Assembly: GCA_015680685.1 (NCBI GenBank)
Contig: MNCI01002981.1
Span: 62,001-126,000 of the forward strand
Reading direction: 5' to 3'
Length of the DNA: 64,000 bases
Source: Gnetum montanum
Lineage: Eukaryota; Plantae; Gnetophyta
Positions 1-12,058 of this stretch are shown here, piece after piece. Both the position numbers and the translations under genes were made by a program. The notes beneath the pieces were generated by a model. It ran no database searches. It was not told the DNA's origin and saw only the letters and a program-made list of their open reading frames with translations. Position 1 is the first letter of the stretch. Every line of letters starts with the position of its first letter.

Positions 1-299
1 TAAATGGTTTTAAGTAAATGGGTTTAACATAATGGGAAAAATGAATGAATAATAAATTACTTAGAAGAAAATTCTAAACAAAAAAGAATTTGCGATGTAT
101 GTATTTAGCATCAAAACGAATTTATTTTAAAGGAACTATCAATATTTGTTATCTGCAATTTATAATATTTGACAACTAAATTTACTCCCAAACAATTGTG
201 AAATGTAACAAGAATAAGCATGAACAATTAAGGGTTGTCATGACTTTGTGCTTTAGCTATAGGTCACAATACTCATGAGGAGTTTAATATCCTACAAGA

Positions 300-620
300 A
301 GGAAAAAGGGATGATTGCTTGGTATTTTTAAAATTAGCTTATGTATGGAAGGGTTATAACACATTTGTTTTCCTGCTATGGTAAAGGAGGAAATGAGCTT
401 GTGCCAGTACAATTGCCATAGCTAAATAATAGCATAACTCCTATCGAAAAAGTGGTAGCAGCTAATGATTCCATTATCTATCCTAAGGTAGCCTTGTTTG
501 TTTTAGTAGTGGTGATAAGGCATGCATGTTTCAGCAAGGAAAATGATTGAATTGTTTATGATACAAAAATTTTCGGCTGAGAACATAGGAATGAAGTGGA
601 AGTTGCAGATGTCAGAGGTC
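300..620 (-). mobile_element. Possible highly decayed LINE APE-endonuclease fragment
   Basis: Minus strand reads IIFLAETC (about 525-548) and GVMLLF (about 425-441), resembling APE motifs. No continuous ORF. Confidence 0.3.
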
Positions 621-841
621 AAATTTTACTTTCAAGTGTGGACTTGTTTATCATCCGTAAAACATCAAATGTTGCTTTCATATTGGCTCTTGGCCAAATA
701 GATATATAAATATAACTAATTTACTTTTCAGTTATAACAACCATAACTATATCAATCTCTTCTTTACCATTACTCTCTCTTTTTTCTTTCCCTAGTTTGT
801 CCCCTATTTTCGGATGTCTTTTGTATGTTATCTGTGTGTCA

Positions 842-1990
842 TGTGATATGTTCACTTTGTCATTCTTTTTTCACTTATTTAACAGTTAAGAGTTAATAGT
901 TTGGTTAAATTTTAATTCTTCTGCTGCACCATGATAGATTAACATGCTGCCAAAAACTTAAAAGTTTCTCAATTCATTGTCTAACTTCTCATGCTTTTTT
1001 CAATGAGAGAGATGTTGGTATGGATTCATGTTGTTTCTACATGTATAAGCCATGTTTTTTATGTTTGAGTTTAGTTATGAAGATGTAAGAGTCACTAAAA
1101 ATCACTAAGGCTAGAAGCTATGTTTCTTTGTTATGCTATGCTTCAAAGCATATGAAGAGTGCATGTCCAAAAGTGGATAGAGGGAATCAGTGGGTCTTAC
1201 TATGTAAGCATGCCAATCGTGGCAAAGATCTCCTCTCCAAAAGTATAAATAAGGGTGCACCCTCCTCATTTTGAAATGCCTATTGTAGTGTAAAGTGAAG
1301 TGAATGAAAGATCTTTCTTCCTTTCATTTGAGTATGTTCATTCAATTGTGCTTGTGCTGAACTCTCTTTAGTTTCAGCCCTTTTTCCCTTTTGTCACATT
1401 CTCACAATCATGAATTGTCATGTCAGTTAAATCATCTCAAATGGTTCAGTCTCTTACATTCTCATGAACACATTTTTGACATTGATTTTCACAAAATTTT
1501 TCTCAAGTTTCTCATAATCTGGTTCTTGCATTTTAATTTTCTCACATTCCTCTCAAATGTTTGAAGTTATTACATGCTTAATATCGTGTTTTAGTTTCAT
1601 TTGAGTATGTTCATTCAATTGTGCTTGTGCTGAACTCTCTTTAGTTTCAGCCCTTTTTCCCTTTTGTCACATTCTCACAATCATGAATTGTCATGTCAGT
1701 TAAATCATCTCAAATGGTTCAGTCTCTTACATTCTCATGAACACATTTTTGACATTGATTTTCACAAAATTTTTCTCAAGTTTCTCATAATCTGGTTCTT
1801 GCATTTTAATTTTCTCACATTCCTCTCAAATGTTTGAAGTTATTACATGCTTAATATCGTGTTTTAGTTTCATACATATGATAGTTGATAGTCTATGGAT
1901 GTTTGAAGGGTTTTATGTTTGTCTATGCAAGGAAAGATGGATTCCTTTGCTAAATTTGCTTGAATTCAAGAAGTTCAACTCACAATTAAA
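842..1990 (+). mobile_element. LTR-like sequence into which the L1 inserted (may continue at about 8135-8460)
   Basis: TATAAATA at about 1244 followed by a CT-rich R/U5-like tract. Termini and TSD are not resolved. Confidence 0.35.
1322..1873. repeat. Tandem duplication, 2 x 273 bp, TTTCAT microhomology at the junctions
   Basis: 1322-1594 is repeated at 1595-1867 and looks identical by eye. TTTCAT occurs at 1322, 1595 and 1868. Confidence 0.92.
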
Positions 1991-2417
1991 CTCTATTACA
2001 TGTTTTATTTTTTTTGGAGTAATGTTCGAGCTTATATTAATCCAAAAAAATGTGTGAACAAATGTACGTTGCGGGCCAATGCCCACCATCACCTAAGGGC
2101 CACAACCACATGCCCGTTCCATGCATGCGCACACACCATCACAGCTGCAATGCCAGCAATCCCCAGATCCAGGAAAACCAAGAGTTCAAACAAGCTTGAA
2201 AGCTAGAGACAGTATGCCCTTGTACATAGAGGGTTCGGTATTCATTCTTGTAGTTCCTCCCCTTCCCCAACACCCCCACCCCCCCCCCCCCCCCCCCCCC
2301 CAAAGCACCCCAAACGGCCACATTTTCCATCTATTAGTTTGTTGTATTTGTCATATTTTTGCCCCCTCCCCCCAGTGCCCTGAAAGGTTGTACACATTTC
2401 TCTCCTGGATGCGAGGC

Positions 2418-3377
2418 CTAGTTAGTAGGTTGATGCAACCCCTTGGCCTCAACCTTCGTCGACGTCCTTGATGTAGTCGTAGTCATTGTCAAGTGTTGTG
2501 CCACAACCCCCTGCCCCATCATGAAAAGCTGGGCCAAGCCCTCACGGTGTTCTGTGAGAACATCCTCCATCCATTGGATGTCTTGCAACCATGCCTCGTT
2601 TGCCTCTTGCCTAGCTTGTTGTCGCATCTCCTCCCACCTACGTTGCCATCTTGCGCCCTCCTCCAACATCGCCTGCTTAGTCGCAATGTGACAAGCCTCC
2701 ATTAGTGTTCTACCGCAAGACCACCCATAAGCAGGTTGCACTGGTGCCATAGCGGAAGACGAACCAAAGGCATCGATGCCATCAGATAATGACTCGTGTC
2801 AATTCGACTGCACTGCTTGGGCCACCTACCCAGAACCCCTACACCTCTGATAAAAAATAGTTGTTGCCGGGCAGGCAATGGGGGTACCCTTGCTCTATAA
2901 CACAAGAAAAACCTCGGGATGCTGCCCTAGCTGCTGCTTGTTCAATGATTCATAGAAGAACTAGGGCAAGTTCACACAGGAACCTTGTATAAGGTACTTC
3001 AAGAAAGTGAAATGCACCTCCACCAGTTTGTGGGGGTACCCAGATTGAACAAAGTACCTTTCAACCATCAACGTCGCATCTTTCCAGATGCCCTATAACC
3101 CGGAATGCCTAATGTGCCTACTGGCCATCCTTGGAACTAGCCCAGGAAAGAACTCTGTGGCATCCATCTGTGCCTTTGCCACAAGGGCCATGATTTCCCT
3201 TGCCACCTCCACCCCCAGTGCCTCCGCAATTGCTTGCATGGAGACTTCAATCCTTCTATCCTGAAACTACGTAGTCTTTCCCTCCTAGTTATCGTAAAAT
3301 TGTTGTGTGGTCAAATTGGGTTCTCCCTCTAACCGTTTGAACATTTCTGCCCATCCCATGCATTCCACAGTGCCCAT
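2418..3377 (-). pseudogene. L1 ORF3: ~319-aa protein resembling LTR-retrotransposon accessory ('env-like') proteins, with a coiled-coil-like C-terminal part
   Basis: A single frame joins ORF-track pieces 3285-3635 and 2418-2750. It has 7 internal stops (6 TAG, 1 TGA) and no frameshift. Sequence: MGTVECMGWAEMFKRLEGEPNLTTQQFYDN*EGKTT*FQDRRIEVSMQAIAEALGV...GIWKDATLMVERYF...HFTFLKYL..VNLP*FFYESLNK. Confidence 0.75.
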
Positions 3378-3403
3378 AATTTGGGCATGTTGGCGAAATC
3401 CGT

Positions 3404-6400
3404 TCACGATGGTGCAAAGAGTAGCCCTTGTGCCATGGCTACCGTTGCCTTCTGCCACAATAGGCGGGCCTCCTTGACCACCGTGGGCACCGTAGGAAGC
3501 TGCTGCCTTTGAAAAACCAGCAAGTTCCACTTCTTCCAGATGATCCACAGTGTGGCAAGTCTTCCCGAGTCCCTGTGGATCCCTGTAACTTGTGTAGACT
3601 AATCTATCTGCCACACAGCTTGTGAAAGTTGACACTTGTCCATAAAATGATTAATCATTTCTAGAGCCACATGGCAACGTGGACAGATGTCCTCAATTTG
3701 TAATCCCTACTCTTGTAACGTGGCCTTCACAGACAGCACCCGGTGCATGATAAGCCACCCAAATGCCTTAATTTTCTCTAGGAGACAACCTTTCCAAAAC
3801 GTTGCCCAACCCTCCATCGACAAATAGAAGGATTTTATCATTTCCTTTGGTTGTTGTCCCAACAAGCCCATTGGTTAGATTTTGGCCACGAACCATCACA
3901 TATTTTTCCAGAGATGAGAGCTGGCCAACGAGGACTTTTATCTACAGTATTTTCATGTTAAAATTTGCACCCATGGCACCTCTCCAGCTGTAGGGGCCAT
4001 GAACTGGTTCAATAATTGATTTAGGTTTAGAGCAACCTCATCTTCAAATCTCAATAGCCCAATACCCCCTGTCGACCTAGGTCTTGCTGTTATTGGCCAT
4101 GAGACCAAATGCATTTTTTGCCCCCCTTTTCCATCGGACCAGACAAAATGTCTCACTATTCTATCTATTTTCTGCATAATACTGACGAGCGGAGTAGCCA
4201 TATAAGTGGCAAAACGAGCAACGACCATCAAGACCACCGTTGCCAATATCATCTTGCCCTTTCGGGACAAGAATCGGCCTGTCTAGAGAGCAGTCTTGTT
4301 TTGTACATGCTCCACCAATCCTTTCCAAGCTTGCCGCCTATTCTAGTAAAAAACAGGCATACCAAGGTAAGTATCCTGGGTGTTTCCTAGCAAAATACCT
4401 AGCGTCTATATGAGCCTAGCCCTCACCATCCCATCCGTGTGAATACAGTAGATAGCTGATTTGCCCTTATTCACCTCTAGACCAACTTCGCGCTACATCC
4501 GTGTCATTGCTCGTAACAGTGCCTCAGCCTGTGGCATCGTGGCTCAAGAGAAAACCATAGTATCATTTGCATAATGTGCCACTAAGTTGTTCACCCCAGC
4601 AACCTGAAGTCCTTGAACCCCTTCCTTGTGACAATAACTTTGGAATAGATCCATAACAATAATGAAAAGGAGTGGCGACAGTGGATCCCCTTACCTTAAG
4701 CCATGCCCTGTGCCTACGAACCCACATAGCTTGCCATTGATGTCTAGAGAGTATCATCCACTGCACTGTATCTGAATACATAGGTTGACAAACTTGGTAT
4801 CAAAACCTTTCTCCACCATCACTCTCCACAGTGTTGCCGAACTGACTGTGTCATAAGCCTTAGTGATGTCAAGTTTGGTACACATTCTAGGAAGTCTAGC
4901 CACCCAGACCAAATGCAGAATCTCTTGTAATAGCAACACTTGGTCCTGTAAGAAACGTCCCTTAATAAACCCAGCCTAATGTTCCCCAACCAACTTCCCC
5001 ATAAGTGGCGTGAGACGCCCAACCAACATCTTGGAGAAAACCCGCATTAGCGTGTTGCAAACCCCAATAGGTCGAAAATGCCCCAAAGCAAAGGGATTGG
5101 GGACTTTGGGTAGGCGCACCACCCATGAACAATTTATTTCTCTCTTGACCTGCTGCCATCTGAGCATACTATTATATGCATCTAGCAAATTGGGCCCCAT
5201 GAGATCCTCATATTCTTTGAAGAATTCGGTTGGCCATCCATCAAGCCCTCAAGCCTTGTTGGCTTGCATAGATTTCAAGGCCCGCAACAGCTCCTCCCGC
5301 GAGAAAGGGTGTAACAATTGCGTATTGTCTGCTTGTGTGAGGACCCGTGGTATGTGTAGAGATATGGGATTTGTGGCCTTCCACCGCTAGATATTCCCCC
5401 AAAACTCATGCAGTGCTTCCAGCCCCCTCGCACTACTGTGTGGGCCTCCCCCACTCATGCTCTCAATGATGTCCTAGAGCTTGTTCTTTTGTGCCTGATT
5501 TTGTCTTGCCATGGCAAAGAAAAACCTGGTGTTCTTGTCCCCTTCCCTTATCCAAGTCACCCTTGAGCACTGTCTCTAATAACTCTCCTCTTCCCTGTAT
5601 AGGTCTTGTAGCTCCCAGAGAAGTTCCTACTCCTCAGTATCCTAGGCCTCCTCCATTTCCTACAGCTATTGGATTGCCCTCAGTTCCTCTTGCACTTGTT
5701 GTCGATATCCCCTGAAGCTATATCTGTCCTTCATTGTTTTGGCCTTAATAGTGTGTTTGAGAGCTCTCAAACCCCCACCGAGGAACTATCGAGGCTCTTG
5801 CGTCCCATTATAGCCTTGCCAAATAGTTGCCACCATGGGCCTGAGCCAGGCCTTAGTCAACTAGGCCTGCTCGAATCGGAACAGCTGAGGCCTCCACCTC
5901 CCTTGCGACTAAATATGATACAAAATGAATCGGTGGTCTGAGGCCTGCCACTCCTACCCCTTCACCGTGATTTGGAAGTCCAACATTAAGCCCTCACTAA
6001 CCCAGATACGGTCAATCCGAGACTGTACACAATCCAGACCCCTTCAGTGGTTACTCTAGGTAAAATTACAGCCTAGGATCTCCAGGTCGATCATTGCATA
6101 TTGCCGCAGAAACTCAATACATGCCTCAGCCCCCGGAGGATCAGTGCACTCATTACCAAATTTTTCCCAGCAATAAAGTCACTAGTTAAAATCCCCCATT
6201 ACCATCCAGCGGGCCATATTGGAGATATGCCTAGCCACCCGTTGGAGTTCCTGAACCCTTGCCTCACAATTTTGTGCCCCATAATAATTTGTAAGCCAGA
6301 TATTTCTTTGCTGCATATAAACCGTCTGACTCCAATCCGACATATCCTCCAGAGTAACCAAAACTTTAGCTAAGATGGCCAACCCCCCTGTGCGGCCCTT

Positions 6401-6577
6401 GTTGGGCACAATGTGGGCATTCCAGCCCTCCCAATTCAGCAATTGCTGTTCAGCCATTTGGACCTTTGTTTCTTGCAAGCACACTACTTCACAGCCGACC
6501 TCCCTCACCATCCTTCGTAGGGTATTTCTTTTGTATGGGGTACCCTAGCCTTAACAATTCTAGGATAAAATCTTCAT
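3404..6577 (-). pseudogene. L1 ORF2: APE endonuclease, reverse transcriptase, zf-RVT; disrupted
   Basis: APE: MKILS*NC..G, VCLQETK, WMVMGDFN. RT: FRPIGVCN, KLDITKAYDTV, GLR*GDPLSP, HYANDT. zf-RVT: KIKAFGWL..CPRC..H..C..VW and WIIWKKWN.LVF. Stop TGA at 3404-06. Confidence 0.92.
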
Positions 6578-6620
6578 GGCAAGATAACACCTATTGCTAG
6601 TATGCCTCCCACAGCGTGCG

Positions 6621-8105
6621 CTATATCCCCAAATCTAGATCCAACTGCATGGAGTTCTTGTGCATTGCCACCTTGTCTGGGCACCCAAGCTTGCTCTCCT
6701 GCCGATGCACTATGTCTCCACCCGGGCTCCTTGCTTGCTGAAGATTAATGTCTGACATCTTCGATTTAGAAGAACCCCTTCCCATAGCGATCCATTCCCC
6801 CAGCAGGGGTAGCTCCAACATGGCTCCCAGTGGCTTGGCGGCCTTGTGAATTGGTGGTGTACGGGGGGACACTGGTACCCCTGTTGCTTGTGTCCCAACC
6901 GAACTATCCCTTGCCATCCGCGATCCTTCTACTGTCTCCTCCCCCCTGAGGCAGTTGAGGGATTGGTAACTCTTCTACTGGTTTCTTTTGCTTCAAGTCC
7001 TGATCCCCTCCTTCCATAGTTGTGTGAGGTTGTTGTTGAGGGCCCTCAGAAGCCACTTGCTTCCAGATCCGGCCCTTTTGCCCAACTTTATGCCATCCTT
7101 GAGTGGCCTCCATCGGCCCTTGATTGTTCGATGCGAGGTGGCTCTTCCCACTATCCTTCCAGTTCCCCTCCAGCCTCCCCGTCAAACTTCACTTGAATCC
7201 GTTCTTCCCCTCCTACGGCATCGAAAATAATCTCTTCGACTTGTTCTGCTGATTGGATCAACCGCCACATGTAGAACTACGTGTACCCCATCCAGTCCAT
7301 GGATGCTGTAAATGCATCAAAACAGATAAACTCTTTGAAGAGACCCGCCAGAGACTTCAGGAAATCGGGTTACCAATATTCTAGTGGCAAATCCAACAAA
7401 TAGACCCAGATTGGCACATAGTCGAAGATGCACAAATCCTGGTGTGCTCTAGGTCACCAAGGTGCCAGGGCTAGGCCATGAGCACTGTAAAACCACGCCC
7501 CCCCCCNCCCTTTCCTGATCGACCAAAGTGGGGAAAATAAATAGCAAATGGTCATCCGTGAGGCTTTGAACCCTAACTATCTCCAACCCCCAGGTGATTT
7601 TGGCCCACTTGTGAATGAGTTCCATCCTCGGTTGCACACCATCAGAAATAAATTTCTTGAGTAGACTCTGCTGGAGTTCCTGCACAGTCTTCTCAGGTGG
7701 CTGCCCAACCCTAATCCGCATCACAGTCCTCTCTTTTTCGCATGCATCGAAGGTGGGCCTGCCATTTTTTGACCCAAGCAGTTGGAGCTTAGGGTCTTGT
7801 AGTATTGCATCCTTGCTTTCCTTGACCCAACATTCCTTGCCACCGCCCTCCCCATGTCCCCTTGGGGTCGCATCGACATTTCCTTCGACTCCCCCTTTTT
7901 TGAGCATCCACTCCACCCGTGCGACACTCATGCTGCTGTGCCCACCGACACTCATGCTGCTTTTTCTGTTGATACTCCCCTTGTAGTTGCCGTTGTTCCC
8001 ACCGCTCTTGCTGTGCTTGCCACCGCTCTTGCTGTGCTTGCCGCTCCCACTGTTCCTGTTGTTCCCGCAACTCCCACTATTTCCGCTGTGGCCACTGCTC
8101 CCATT
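6621..8105 (-). pseudogene. L1 ORF1 (DUF4283/RRM-like), disrupted; boundaries approximate
   Basis: Contains ELIHKWAKITWGLEIVRVQSLTDDHLLFIFPT and, after a frameshift, YVPIWVYLLDLPLEYW..FLKSLAGLF, both typical of plant L1 ORF1. The N-terminus is a Q/W/E/R-rich repeat. Confidence 0.8.
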
Positions 8106-11100
8106 TTCCCCAACTTTTCTCTATTACATGTTTTGTGTCTCAATTTGTTTCAGAATTTGAAGGTTTGTGAGTTATGCTTTTGGGGTTCTTGCTAATTTAT
8201 CCAAGTTTGGCTCAATTCCATCTCATGTTTGACAAATTGAACCTTATTTGAGCATTTAAAGCTTGATTGATGAAGGATGCATGATTTTTTATCTAGTTTT
8301 GCAAATGTGAAGGGAAATCTACACTCATCCAATGAAATTTCTCATGTTTTTCATGCATTTTGTACAACAGGGCATTGTTTTCTTAATTTGTCATTTCAAT
8401 TGATGTAATTGTACTTGTATGTGTCTTCAAACTACTGAACAGAGCTTTAGACATCTTACTTGTGTGTGTGCTTAACTCTTTTTTGGGCCCAATTTGTTTG
8501 ATTTTTTCCATTCCAAAATTATTGAACTCTGTAATTTTCTCAGGACTACAACTTCACTGTGACTTGTGGTTAACTTAGAGGTTAGACCATGGCTCGTGGT
8601 CCATCCCATGAACTGTGGTTGAAAGCATTGGTAACTCATTTTCATTTTATTAACTGGTTTTGGGTCAACATGACTTGAACATGACCCATGGTCACTATCA
8701 TCATGACAACTTCATGACTCATGGTCTACATAGAATTCACCACAACTAAAGTCCTCAACCGGGGATCAACTTTTTGGCTGAATTTCAGATTTTTAATTTC
8801 AGATCCAAGGAGTAGAGATAGACTGTATCCCTGCTGCATGCTCTGACACAATGCAATATCTTGTTGCCAACACATGAGATCACCAACTTCGGATAAAGTG
8901 ATGGGAGGCAGTCATTATTTTAGTTATGTGCATGCCAACACGAACGTGGAGACACAAAATGCCCATGACAGGCTAAAAATAGCAACAAACTCATGTACCC
9001 AATGCACATGACTTCCAAAACTACCCAGCATGCCAACAAATGAAATATCCAGTTGTCCAAGCCAACAGAACATACACACCTTACCAATTGATATGCTTCA
9101 TAAGTTAAGAACAAATACCTCTATTGCTATGGAAATTTATGTTGGCAAAAGGAAATGTAACCTTAGGGTTAAGTTGATGTGGGCCCTTAAAAGATTCTTG
9201 CCTCTTTCTGCAATTTTCCAACTTTAAGATTCTTGCCTATCTTCCCCATTTTCTAAGCAGCCAAACAGTCTCCAACGGTCCAAAATAGTTCCAACATCAG
9301 TTAAGTGCAGTTCTAAACCTACCGAGAACCGTCATTGAAAATAGTCAAAAGTAGACCTAGATCAGCCAAGAAACATAGCTAAAGTTTCTACTAGGTACAT
9401 AAAAGAAAAGCCATCTTGCTTTTCTTTTTACCCTTTCTCTCACTCCTTAAACTAGCATTATCTCCTCTACTTGGAGAAAAGGTGTCTGCAAGAGCAAAAC
9501 CCCCACTTTATAGGCTCAAAGAGACCCCAACCTTTTGGGCAAACACTTACACACCAAACTTTGTTCATTCGATAAAGACTCAACAAGCCATCTCCAAAGT
9601 ATCCCTTTTTAAATTCATGATATAATGATAATTTGACTTGGATAGTCTAGATCTTAAATGCATGGAACATTGGTTGATAGTTTTTGAAACTAAAACTGAT
9701 ATCTTATTACATCTGTATGGACCTGAAGGATCTATTAGACAAATTAACTTGTGCAAAATACATCAATAGCAATAAATCTCAAGTACAGTAGATGCATCCA
9801 ATATTCATGTAGCTTGAATACATCTCTTATATAATTCCTTAGAACTAACATTGATAGCTTGAATAACTCATGCAAAGATTGACTAGAGAACTGTCATTTT
9901 TTTTTGAAGAAATTTTTTCTGCAACATTGTCATAATATATATTACTGATCTTCTACTACCTGTAGTAAACTCAATCAGCATGTTCTATCTTCATGCTGCT
10001 TATTGGTCCATCTTCTAATTTGAACTTAAAGATGATGTGATCTCATTCTTCAGTGCTTTCATGGACATCGGAATTGTTGCATGGAGATATTTTGTTTCAT
10101 CATGCCTACCACTTAAAATGTTTTGCTAGTAAAATTGAAGCTTTTGTTTTTTTCTTTTGTATTTGTGTCTTCTTTTGTTATCTTTTTAAAACTTTTTCTA
10201 TAACAAGTTTCCAAGCTTGTTCTAAATTTGTTAATACATCAAAATTATAAATACCCCATTTTTGGAGCCAAAATTGTTGAGATTTTTAGATGATGTCTCT
10301 TAAAATCTTATTGCTATTTTTATCATTCAAATAGATTATTAAGAACTGATACATTGCTTCAGCCATCTAATAAAAGTATTGCATATAGCAATTTAGTTTT
10401 CACCTTGAATTCATCTTCAAGAGTGTCAAAACAAATATTAAATGAGCCCTTTTTTTTTCTTTTCTGCCATTAATGTGAAATAGAGCTTAAACACACAAGT
10501 TACAAATAATCATGAGTATTGGAATAAACACCATTTAGCATTACCTAGCTCCCTGACGTATTTTTCTTATTCAATGCCAACTTGTAGTTCTCTTTTTGAC
10601 TTGCTTTAATCACTATGAGGATAAGAGGATTTCTAATTTATTTTTGACATTCCGGTATTTTTCACATTTTTTATGTTTCAACTACAAAAAGCATTCATTT
10701 AGAATCTCTTAACCATCCAATGTTTCGTGCATATCAAGACAATTTTAACAAGCATATCGATGCATGGTTACATTTATAAAATTAATATTTTAATCAAACG
10801 TTAAAAAATCTAAACACTTATTAAGACTTTTTCAAACATTAAACATTAAACATTAAAATTTTATAAACCAAGATTCCAACCAAGAAATTATTTATTGATT
10901 TGCACGCTGCATGCAATATTGAACTAGGCCTCCAAATTAAGTGGAATTGGATAAATTTGGATTTTGAGCAAATATTTTAATTAACATGTTTAATTAAAAT
11001 TTCTAGAAAAACATAAAAAATAATCTTTGATCAAGCTTCCATAAATTCTCACCTATTTTTCTATGTAATTTTAATCATTAAATCTAATAAATGTTATTAG

Positions 11101-11948
11101 AAATAATTTTGGCTATTTATCTATTTAGAAATTAACAGAAATTATTAAACATGTATTAACTGCCGATGAAGCCTCAAGGTCAACTAGACTTATGCATTCA
11201 AATTAGAACTATATTATTTATTATTAAAGGCTTCAATATATTGTTTAGACCAAGGTTTAATTTGTCCTATATGTTAGATACAAAATGGGGCACTGCATAC
11301 ACATTAGTTCAAACATAAACAGCTAACAATACTCTCACAAAAAGTAATCCTAATGATTGTCAATTAAGGGGACTTGAACTAAGTTTTCAACATCCATACA
11401 GTATTACTGATCTCATAGCTTTTACAACTTGATTCATAAACTTCAGATCAATATTCAAATAAGGTTACGCAACAACAGAAACAAAATTTGAATGCAATGT
11501 TTCATACCTCTACTTATCCATTTCCTACTTTCATTCTAATTTATGTACATTCATTATGTGAAAGCAGAAGTATTGCCAATGAACTGCACCTCATTGATGA
11601 CATAAATATTATAATTAATAGATATCATTACACTACGCCGTCATACTCTTCTGGATGATAATCAAAAACTTTAACGGGGAAGACCAAAAACTTAACATGA
11701 CATTGTAGTACCAGTTCCTAATTTTTATTTTTTAATAGACGATATAATTTTAGGTCCATGACTTTGTATATTATGACCAACATTCCTGCGTATTTACAAA
11801 ATGTGAAATAATACAACATATCTCTACTGGCTGGATTGCACTGATGGCATTCTAGACACCAGAAATCCTCTAGGACTAGCATATGAGAGTTGATGAGTAT
11901 CTCTGCGCTGTTATTCAAGTGGTTGAGTTCCTATATGTTTCTATCCAG

Positions 11949-12058
11949 GCAATGCTTGCTTCCCTCGCGGAAATCAGCAGTAGGAGGTTGCTATATGGAC
12001 CAGATGGTCAAAATGGGATAATGCAAGTGTCATTTCCAACTTCTAATTGGCTTTACAG
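11949..12058 (+). CDS. Internal coding exon of a plant SLT (lytic transglycosylase/lysozyme-like) domain protein
   Basis: Acceptor ccAG at 11947-48 and donor GTATGT at 12059. 110 nt, phase 0 to 2. Encodes AMLASLAEISSRRLLYGPDGQNGIMQVSFPTSNWLY(R), with the SLT G-I/L-M-Q motif. Upstream exons were not found in the window. Confidence 0.88.

Larger units (their letters stand above)
2007..8118 (-). mobile_element. L1-clade LINE, 6.1 kb, decayed, three ORFs
   Basis: Perfect 16-bp TSD CTCTATTACATGTTTT at 1991-2006 and 8119-8134. A-rich tail seen as a T-run at 2008-2015. Minus-strand order is ORF1, ORF2 (APE-RT-zf), ORF3. Confidence 0.93.

Noticed and set aside
590-660. EVEVADVRGQILLSS as a possible upstream SLT exon
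   Set aside because: No convincing splice sites and only weak similarity; it lies in decayed repeat-like DNA.
8580-9715. Possible minus-strand solo LTR (also an LTR-like stretch at 12229-13098)
   Set aside because: LTR-like composition and a TATA-like motif, but termini and TSD could not be established.
10860-11250. Possible MITE or hairpin
   Set aside because: Only short, AT-rich imperfect inverted matches; no TIR or TSD could be defined.
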